Under the pieces are notes generated by a model that searched no databases, was not told where the DNA came from, and worked only from the letters and a program-made list of their open reading frames with translations. This document shows, one piece after another, positions 57,736 to 64,000 of a stretch of 64,000 nt of DNA. Made by a program: the position numbers and the translations under genes. Within the stretch, counting starts at the first letter, position 1, and the number at the start of each line of letters is the position of its first letter. The stretch covers positions 62,001-126,000 of the IMG/VR virus record IMGVR_UViG_3300031857_000002. One strand, 5' to 3'.

Positions 57736-58834
57736 TGTACTCAACTTCTAGATCTGTTAGTTCAGGGTAGATAGGTAAGCTGAGTACACGCCGAGCAAGA
57801 CTAGAACTTGCTGCCAACATATCAGGACCTGGATATGCACGATACAAACTCATTTCATGCAAGGGATTTGCATAGTGAACTCGTGTGTCAATTTTACGCA
57901 GAGAGAGATTGGCCTTTAGCGTATCTCGACCATCAACATCTATTACAAACTTATGCACAGCATGATTGTGTGCATTAGAGTCGTTGATCAAACAGCGTAT
58001 GTTTGCATTTTTAAATCTTTCACCCCAGTGATCAGCAATACTTTGTCTACGTGTCTGCCATTGATCAATGTGTTTTGCTTTGACCAACATATGAGCACAA
58101 TCTAGTTCACTCATGCGGCTATTGGTACCAGGATTACGATGTGTAGGTTTGCCATTGTCTCTCCAGGCTCTTGCATATTCTGCTAGATCCAAATTGTCTG
58201 TAACAACAGCACCACCGTTGCCATAACAAGCAAGGTTTTTCATGGGATCAAAGCTAATTGCGCCACCGCCTCGCCCGGTTCTTTGACCATCCGCTGCCAG
58301 CCAATGCTGTGCGGCATCTTCAATTATAACAGTATCGTGTCGTAGCCATTCATTCCACGCACGAAGATTACCGTGATGAGTCATGGACGCACCATACAAG
58401 CCAACTAGCACTACAGCTTGATAACTCAAGTCATGTGGAATTTTATTAACATCTATTAAGCCGTGTATGTCTGTGTCAATGATGTGTATATCCCACCCTG
58501 CACGTATAAATGCGTTGGCTGTGGCCACATAAGTCATCGAGGGTATTAACACAGTGGGAGGATGTGGTATGGGTGACTCCATAGCCCAGTAACTGGCCAG
58601 GATCTCAAGTGCGTGGGTACCTGAGTGGCAAGTTACTGCATAGCGCACACGATTTTTTTTAGCAAGCCAAGATTCAAACTCAACGGTGTTGTTGCCGTTC
58701 ATGAGTTGACCACTGCGAAGTACTTCGTCAGTGGCGTCTAAAATCTCTGTGCGGAGATTGTTATACTGCTTTCGGAGACCAGTAAACGGAATTGTTAAGC
58801 CAGTTGAAGTAATTTTGAAATCCTTCTTGTACAT
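57704..58834 (-). CDS. DegT/DnrJ/EryC1/StrS-family PLP aminotransferase
   Basis: SGTHALE, TYVATANA, IIEDAAQ, SFDPMKNL..YGNGGA, NSRMSE and LSLPIYPEL motifs. Confidence 0.95.
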   Translation of the reverse strand: MYKKDFKITSTGLTIPFTGLRKQYNNLRTEILDATDEVLRSGQLMNGNNTVEFESWLAKKNRVRYAVTCHSGTHALEILASYWAMESPIPHPPTVLIPSMTYVATANAFIRAGWDIHIIDTDIHGLIDVNKIPHDLSYQAVVLVGLYGASMTHHGNLRAWNEWLRHDTVIIEDAAQHWLAADGQRTGRGGGAISFDPMKNLACYGNGGAVVTDNLDLAEYARAWRDNGKPTHRNPGTNSRMSELDCAHMLVKAKHIDQWQTRRQSIADHWGERFKNANIRCLINDSNAHNHAVHKFVIDVDGRDTLKANLSLRKIDTRVHYANPLHEMSLYRAYPGPDMLAASSSLARRVLSLPIYPELTDLEVEYISDQVLDCVA

Positions 58835-59729
58835 CTACTTTGGGATCATATCCTAGAATGGTTCTAGCACGATCAATATTTAATGCGCCACGTGACGGGA
58901 AGTCTGCGTCTTTGTCTTTGCACTCAATAGTACCCTTGCCAACAATTTTAACAATCATTTCTGCGGCTTCTAACAAGCTCACACTATGTGATTTAGTAAT
59001 GTTATAGGTGCTGTTACGACTCATAATACGAGTAGCAGCCGCCACAATGCCATCTGCGGCATCATCTACATAGGTAAAGTCTAGCGTCTCCCCTGCCCCA
59101 TTAACTTTGAGAACGCCTCCTCGCATGGCGCCGAGCATAAATTTTGCCACAACTCGGTCTTCCACATCCAAGGGGCCGTATACAGCACTAGGCCTAATAA
59201 CAGCGTAATCGAAAGCGCCGCGGCGATGGTAGTCTTTGACAATGTCTTCTCCAGTTAATTTTAAGATGCCATATTGGCCAATGGGTTTACAGTCGTAGTC
59301 TTCTTCTACTTGATCTTCAAAGTCGCCATACACCATTGAACTGGAAATGTACACCACCCGTTCCACACCGTGCTTTTTGGCACTCTCACAAACGTTGATC
59401 AAACCTTCCATCATAACACGGCTACCCCAGGCAGGGTTGGCATTGACAACTTTCTGTCGGGGAAAACTTGCCATGTGAATAATCACTTCAGGCTTGTGTT
59501 TGTTTACTAACCAATCAAAGTTGTCAGCATCGGTAATATCAATATGATAGATATTTTTGCCTGATATCTTCTTTAACCGTTCCGACATCAAGTAGTCAAG
59601 TTCCGCTTGTGGAATGATTCCGTAGTTAGTACGTGTGTCTGTTATGATCACTTCGTGTTCTAGAGATTCTAATCGTTGTACCACGTTGTGGCCAATGAGC
59701 CCTAGGCCGCCTGTTACTAATATTTTCAT
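58761..59729 (-). CDS. NAD-dependent NDP-sugar epimerase/dehydratase (extended SDR)
   Basis: MKILVTGGLGLIG, SSSMVYG, YGILK (YxxxK) and DFTYVDD motifs. Likely start is the ATG at 59729. Confidence 0.93.
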   Translation of the reverse strand: MKILVTGGLGLIGHNVVQRLESLEHEVIITDTRTNYGIIPQAELDYLMSERLKKISGKNIYHIDITDADNFDWLVNKHKPEVIIHMASFPRQKVVNANPAWGSRVMMEGLINVCESAKKHGVERVVYISSSMVYGDFEDQVEEDYDCKPIGQYGILKLTGEDIVKDYHRRGAFDYAVIRPSAVYGPLDVEDRVVAKFMLGAMRGGVLKVNGAGETLDFTYVDDAADGIVAAATRIMSRNSTYNITKSHSVSLLEAAEMIVKIVGKGTIECKDKDADFPSRGALNIDRARTILGYDPKVDVQEGFQNYFNWLNNSVYWSPKAV

Positions 59730-60055
59730 TTGTTGCCCCACTTCAATGTCCAAAAGGTTTGATCCTGTTCACTTAATCTTGCCATGATACGATACAAGTG
59801 TCCGTAACTAGAAATATCTGCTTGACGAGTCCAGTAAGGTTTTTCCACAGCATGTTCCATGATGAACTTACCAGCATCTGATTCTTGCCACTCGTATATG
59901 GGTTGTGCCACATACAAATCAGGATCTTCTACATCGCCCATGCGGATCTGGTGTACACACACGTCACGAAACTTTACAGCTTTGTCTCCAATGATTTCAA
60001 CCCGTTCAGGTTGCCATTGCTTGTATTCGTCTGGATAAGTGCTTGTTATTGCCAT
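59726..60055 (-). CDS. hypothetical protein
   Basis: 109-aa ORF with an ATGA overlap with the epimerase. Confidence 0.7.
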   Translation of the reverse strand: MAITSTYPDEYKQWQPERVEIIGDKAVKFRDVCVHQIRMGDVEDPDLYVAQPIYEWQESDAGKFIMEHAVEKPYWTRQADISSYGHLYRIMARLSEQDQTFWTLKWGNK

Positions 60056-60060
60056 ATGCT

Positions 60061-60089
60061 AGTATAGCATACGGATTAGTCTTTAGCAA
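60061..60089 (-). promoter_or_regulatory. sigma70-type promoter for the minus arm of the biosynthetic island
   Basis: Minus strand reads TTGCTA-17 nt-TATACT with an extended TGc; the ATG at 60055 is 6 nt downstream. Confidence 0.65.
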
Positions 60090-60747
60090 CCAAGTCGGCT
60101 GCCATTGGGAAGATTGCTGTGATGGCCTGAGCACAAGCTCGTGCAATCTCTTGATGTTCTTTTTGTGTGCCGTTGGCACTGCGTAATTCGATAAAGTGAA
60201 TCCAGGAACGCAAGGTTCCATTCATGTACAACCGACTTTCAATCAGGCCTTCGGGTAACACAGCCCGGGCTTGTTCTTTAGCAATGCCATTTTTGATTGC
60301 CCATTCATATTCACGTTTGGCAGCATAGATAACTCGTTGTTGAGCTCTGTACCATTCGTTCTGTAACAGCACATCATCTGTCTCTACGCTGTTTTGTCTA
60401 TTTGATGTGTCTTGAAGTCGGGCATCTCGGGTAACAAAGTTAAGATCCTTTGTTGGGTCAGCGTAACGCTGGCTAAACTCTTGGAAACTAAAACTTCTGT
60501 GACGTAACATCTGCCTTGCAATATCTCTTGTTGTCGTAATCTCCATGCAAGCTGATACCATTTCGAGAGGGCTCCAGTGCTGGTGCTTAACGAGGTACCT
60601 AATGAGCTTGTCTGAAGTGCTGGTGTTGAGTTGGTTACTTGGATTGGAGACTCTTGCACAGTAGGCAATGAGTTCTTGTGCGTCTGCAATTCCCTGGCTC
60701 GCGAAATCTGCAGTGGGTTGGCTGTAACTGAGTAGTCTGACATCCAT
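60076..60747 (-). CDS. thyX: flavin-dependent thymidylate synthase
   Basis: HWSPLE, the RHRSFSFQEFSQRY ThyX motif, EQARAVLP and QKEH. Confidence 0.95.
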   Translation of the reverse strand: MDVRLLSYSQPTADFASQGIADAQELIAYCARVSNPSNQLNTSTSDKLIRYLVKHQHWSPLEMVSACMEITTTRDIARQMLRHRSFSFQEFSQRYADPTKDLNFVTRDARLQDTSNRQNSVETDDVLLQNEWYRAQQRVIYAAKREYEWAIKNGIAKEQARAVLPEGLIESRLYMNGTLRSWIHFIELRSANGTQKEHQEIARACAQAITAIFPMAADLVAKD

Positions 60748-60749
60748 AA

Positions 60750-60757
60750 TATTTATA
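60750..60757 (-). promoter_or_regulatory. TATAAATA late-promoter consensus before thyX
   Basis: Exact consensus, but only 2 nt before the ATG, so its function is uncertain. Confidence 0.35.
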
Positions 60758-61055
60758 GTCCGTTGAGGAGTTTGTCGGTTTCAGGTTGTAGAATTTTGGC
60801 TACTTCACTAACGTCAACAACAAAGTCAATATCCTTGACTTCGTCGCCTAGTTCAGTAAGTGTGCGGGTCAAGACAATTTCTAATTCGTCCATGTCAAGA
60901 CCCTGTTTTTTAAGTGTAGCTAGATTGATAGTACGTTGTTTTTTACCATGCAATCTAATTACAACTTTTTTAATGCATTCAAGTGGGATCTCAGTCTTGT
61001 TGACTTCTTCAATGATGTGTTCCCACTTGTCAAGGAACTCATTACTGAACTGCAT
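60753..61055 (-). CDS. hypothetical protein
   Basis: 100-aa ORF in a tightly packed operon. Confidence 0.7.
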   Translation of the reverse strand: MQFSNEFLDKWEHIIEEVNKTEIPLECIKKVVIRLHGKKQRTINLATLKKQGLDMDELEIVLTRTLTELGDEVKDIDFVVDVSEVAKILQPETDKLLNGL

Positions 61056-61779
61056 CTGCTGACACTACCTTGGCCTTGGGAGGACGACCACGGCGAGGTG
61101 CTGTGGCAGTAGGTTGTGCCTGCTCTTGGGCTGGCTCAGAATAGTGATTCAAGTTCACGGCCGGATACATGCGTTGAGCATCTTTCTTCATTCTAGCAGC
61201 CTCGGAGATCATGCCTTTGGCTTCCGATTCCATGCGTTTGGCCTGCGCCAACATGTTCATGGCCAGTGACTTGTCATCAAGTGCACCATCAGTTGATGCA
61301 AGTAATGGTTCCGGCTGTTGTGTTTTGCGCTCCTGGACACGTTTGAATTCTGCTTCGGCTTTGCGCTTCACAGCAGGATCAACTAGGCCAGTGCTTTTGT
61401 CAATTTCACGCAGGCGATTAATTGCTGCCTCACCTGTTTCCATCTCTTTGATAATACGATTGAGTTCGTCTAGCTTGACATTGCTTTGAGCATTGGGTGT
61501 GACAATAACTTGATTGCTAGGAATCTTCTTGATCATGCCTTCTCGATGCAAGGCTTCTAGTTGCGGACGACCATCTGGCAGTACTCCGCGGTGTAAGGCA
61601 TCTGCCAAGTTGGTAGCTTGTTGGCCCACAGGGCTTTCTAACGTTTTCATGATTGAGTCATGAATATGTGTAGGAAGTGTCTCGGGATAGATGACCAAAC
61701 ACATGTGGTCCTCGCCGGGTACTTCTCTAAATAAGATAGCAACCTTGCGGTCACCGTGTCTTCCGATGTGTTTAAGCAT
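61042..61779 (-). CDS. hypothetical protein with a C-terminal AT-hook-like motif (RRGRPPK)
   Basis: Likely start is the ATG at 61779 after AGGAG; coiled-coil C-terminal half. Confidence 0.7.
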   Translation of the reverse strand: MLKHIGRHGDRKVAILFREVPGEDHMCLVIYPETLPTHIHDSIMKTLESPVGQQATNLADALHRGVLPDGRPQLEALHREGMIKKIPSNQVIVTPNAQSNVKLDELNRIIKEMETGEAAINRLREIDKSTGLVDPAVKRKAEAEFKRVQERKTQQPEPLLASTDGALDDKSLAMNMLAQAKRMESEAKGMISEAARMKKDAQRMYPAVNLNHYSEPAQEQAQPTATAPRRGRPPKAKVVSADAVQ

Positions 61780-61981
61780 TTTCTTCTCCTTGTGGGGTTT
61801 GTGCTTGGGCTTGCTGAGCAGCCAATTGGGCTTGAGTAGCTTCAATAAAGTTGGTGATCTTTTCGTATAGTTCGCCAACACTTTTCATCTCATGAGCTTT
61901 GAATGCTCCGCGAGTACACGAAGCATCAATCAAGTTCTTGATTGAAACGATGTCTGTGATTGTTAGTTGTGCGTTTTCCAT
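61772..61981 (-). CDS. hypothetical protein
   Basis: 69-aa ORF (IDASCTRGAFKAHEM..VG) downstream of a late-promoter core. Confidence 0.7.
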   Translation of the reverse strand: MENAQLTITDIVSIKNLIDASCTRGAFKAHEMKSVGELYEKITNFIEATQAQLAAQQAQAQTPQGEENA

Positions 61982-61986
61982 GTAAA

Positions 61987-61994
61987 TATTTAAC
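61987..61994 (-). promoter_or_regulatory. T4-like late promoter (GTTAAATA)
   Basis: Intergenic TAAATA core 5 nt before the ATG at 61981. Confidence 0.55.
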
Positions 61995-62017
61995 GAGAAT
62001 ATATCTAGTGGAGATTT

Positions 62018-62206
62018 TTATTCAATCCCAAAATGTTTCAACACATAAGATCCTGCTGAATCATGTTGAAATTGATTTATTGTGGCAATATCCGCACATT
62101 CTCTCACAATCAAATTGGCCAGTTGATCAATTTTATCAACTGCAATCCACTTACCGCTTACGTCGGTTCCTATTTGATTTACTAATTCCTGTAGTTTGGG
62201 TTCCAT
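62018..62206 (-). CDS. small hypothetical phage protein
   Basis: LIVRECA...KHFGIE ending, common in small phage ORFs. Confidence 0.6.
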   Translation of the reverse strand: MEPKLQELVNQIGTDVSGKWIAVDKIDQLANLIVRECADIATINQFQHDSAGSYVLKHFGIE

Positions 62207-62390
62207 ACTTCTTTTCCATAACTGGTTTGATGTTGATATCGTATATCTGTTCCATCACACGCCACAATCCTCGGCGTTCAAGTGCGGTCATGCCACGTAC
62301 CCAAGGTGGGTCAGTGGCTAATTTTGGCACTTCATAATCTTCTCTGTACATCACACACATTGAGTGAATGATCTCTTCTCGAGTTTTCAC
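62151..62390 (-). CDS. small hypothetical protein
   Basis: 79-aa ORF chained to its neighbours. Confidence 0.5.
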   Translation of the reverse strand: MKTREEIIHSMCVMYREDYEVPKLATDPPWVRGMTALERRGLWRVMEQIYDINIKPVMEKKYGTQTTGISKSNRNRRKR

Positions 62391-62626
62391 TTGTATTCCT
62401 TGATGTCCTTGTGCGTGACCACAATGATGTAATGCACTTGGCCATTGTATTTGATAGGCAAATCCAAATGCACAGTAATGCGTGGACCCTCAATGTGATT
62501 GATCACTGTATCGTTACCTACTGTACCTACAAAGGGAATCTTGTTCCAATGTCCGAACACACGATCCCCTAAGTACCATATAGGGTAGTAACCGATACGT
62601 TCAAAGTAATCGGTTTGATTACCCAT
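62387..62626 (-). CDS. small hypothetical protein
   Basis: 79-aa ORF with overlapping start/stop codons on both sides. Confidence 0.6.
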   Translation of the reverse strand: MGNQTDYFERIGYYPIWYLGDRVFGHWNKIPFVGTVGNDTVINHIEGPRITVHLDLPIKYNGQVHYIIVVTHKDIKEYK

Positions 62627-62805
62627 TACAATTTCATCTTATGTTTATTGAGAAAGTAGTTAACGGCAGCAATGGCAAAATTAAATGCGGCACTAACATA
62701 GTTTCCAACCGCTAGCGAACTCAATCCTGCCATAACACAGATACCAATGATGAACCAAGTAATAGCATCTTGGTGTGTAATATACCACGTTCTAAAAGCA
62801 CTCAT
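62626..62805 (-). CDS. small membrane protein (59 aa)
   Basis: Translated by hand as MSAFRTWYITHQDAITWFIIGICVMAGLSSLAVGNYVSAAFNFAIAAVNYFLNKHKMKL. Has an AAGGA SD and fills the gap between neighbours exactly. Confidence 0.6.
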   Translation of the reverse strand: MSAFRTWYITHQDAITWFIIGICVMAGLSSLAVGNYVSAAFNFAIAAVNYFLNKHKMKL

Positions 62806-62990
62806 GTTAGTTTCCTTTCGTGTACAAGAGTTTCAAACTGTTCAAACAGTTCTTCAAACTTATGATGATAAACAGCAGACAATGCCTCAAAATCGGCACT
62901 CTCTGCATTCCGCTTGGCCAACAACTTAACGTCATCAACCATGCCCCAGCAACTCATAATCTGTTGCTCAAAATCAAAACGGTCTGTCAT
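62802..62990 (-). CDS. small hypothetical protein
   Basis: MTDRFDFEQQIMSCW...; ATGA overlap at 62987-62990. Confidence 0.6.
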   Translation of the reverse strand: MTDRFDFEQQIMSCWGMVDDVKLLAKRNAESADFEALSAVYHHKFEELFEQFETLVHERKLT

Positions 62991-63121
62991 TGCTTCCATT
63001 CCTGTCTGGCCTTAAGGGCCTCTGTAAAAATCTTCTTAGCTATTTCCCAAATTGGATGCCAACAGTATCCTACTGCGGCACCCGCTACAAACCAATTTAA
63101 TGCATTAAGAAAGTCTTGCAT
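62987..63121 (-). CDS. small hydrophobic protein (44 aa)
   Basis: Translated by hand as MQDFLNALNWFVAGAAVGYCWHPIWEIAKKIFTEALKARQEWKQ; overlaps both neighbours. Confidence 0.55.
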   Translation of the reverse strand: MQDFLNALNWFVAGAAVGYCWHPIWEIAKKIFTEALKARQEWKQ

Positions 63122-64000
63122 TAGTGAGACTTCTCCTCGTCATAGTAAGCATATTGACCCCATGGTGGCTCAATAGTTGTGGTACCGTGCAAGATCCAAA
63201 CTGTATCTGCATAGTTCTCATCACCCCAGCTACCGAATGGGTATCCGTCTGTAAACACTACAAGACGCTTGGGCTCAATCTCGTTCTCTTTTAAGTAACT
63301 GTAGATGGCGTCAAAGTCTGTGCCGCCGCCACCTTTGACCTCGTAGTCGCAAATGTCATCTAAGTTGTCACTGTCGTATTGTGCAGGGTTATATGCTTCT
63401 GTGTCAAAAGTAAACACATGGATCTTGTACGCAGGGAACGAGTCCATGATACCTTGAATCTCACCCAAGAAGTCTTTTAGCATGGTCTCGCTAATTGAAC
63501 CAGAAGCGTCCAGTGCCACAGCAATGTCAATCATGGGATCCACCTTCATGCCGGGCATGACAGCATCCATGTGCCAGCCTTTGCGGCTTGCTCTCATCCA
63601 TGTGTAGTCACTTTTAATTGTAGATTCCAATTGCATACGGAGCAGTTCACGCCAGTTCATCTGGGGCTCTGTGAGCTCTTGTATAAGACGCTTGACACCT
63701 GCGGGCAAGTTACCTGCGCCATCCACTGTAGCGGCAGCCGCCAACATGGCTTCTTTAATCTCATCCTTAATTTGCTGACGCTCTTCTGCTGTGAGCTTGG
63801 GACGACCCTTGCCTTCTTTCTCGTTGCCATCGCCATCTTGTTCCTCATCGCCTTCGCCATCTAAGTGCTCGTCGATCATCTGGTCCAGCAATTTGCCAAT
63901 GTCAAGTTTTTCTGCTTTCTCGTACAAGATATCGTAGATCTCTTCCGAGCTCATGCCGTCATACTTGGGATTGTGCAAACACGGCACTGTGGTGATCTTC
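63121..64000 (-). CDS. DUF2201-type VWA-domain protein (5' end outside the window)
   Basis: NWRELLR...TWMRASRK...IAVALDASGSIS (MIDAS DxSxS), GGGGTDF and VFTDGY. Confidence 0.8.
   Translation of the reverse strand, partial: KITTVPCLHNPKYDGMSSEEIYDILYEKAEKLDIGKLLDQMIDEHLDGEGDEEQDGDGNEKEGKGRPKLTAEERQQIKDEIKEAMLAAAATVDGAGNLPAGVKRLIQELTEPQMNWRELLRMQLESTIKSDYTWMRASRKGWHMDAVMPGMKVDPMIDIAVALDASGSISETMLKDFLGEIQGIMDSFPAYKIHVFTFDTEAYNPAQYDSDNLDDICDYEVKGGGGTDFDAIYSYLKENEIEPKRLVVFTDGYPFGSWGDENYADTVWILHGTTTIEPPWGQYAYYDEEKSH

Noticed and set aside
1-64000. Stop-codon reassignment, introns or inteins, tRNA genes
   Set aside because: Genes are long and tightly packed in the standard code, intergenic gaps are too short for tRNAs, and no intein or homing-endonuclease motifs were recognised by eye.

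Overview
This is a 64-kb segment of a large T4-like (jumbo-type) myophage genome in the standard genetic code. Left end (1-883, minus, truncated): a gp55-type late sigma factor. 975-32730 (plus): a late virion module with NNTAAATA late promoters. It contains a Q/A/Y-rich protein, baseplate genes in T4-like order (tube-initiator-like, gp53-like, hub, gp5-like spike, gp25, gp6, a 4775-aa gp7-position protein, gp8-position protein) and tail fibre genes, and ends at a terminator. 32786-60055: a ~27-kb biosynthetic island with sigma70-type promoters pointing inward from both ends. It encodes eight radical SAM enzymes with N-terminal twitch/SPASM-like Cys clusters, an O-carbamoyltransferase preceded by a small PFIY-ending peptide, an amidinotransferase, a DegT-family aminotransferase, an NDP-sugar epimerase, about seven glycosyltransferase-like proteins (one with nine W/P/Y-rich repeats), an SGNH hydrolase and a 2OG-Fe(II)-like oxygenase. 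Right end (minus): thyX, small hypothetical genes and a truncated DUF2201/VWA gene. The island is the best candidate for an undescribed system: a phage-encoded pathway for an amino-, guanidino- and carbamoyl-decorated sugar or glycan. All family assignments come from motif recognition by eye; no database searches were run.
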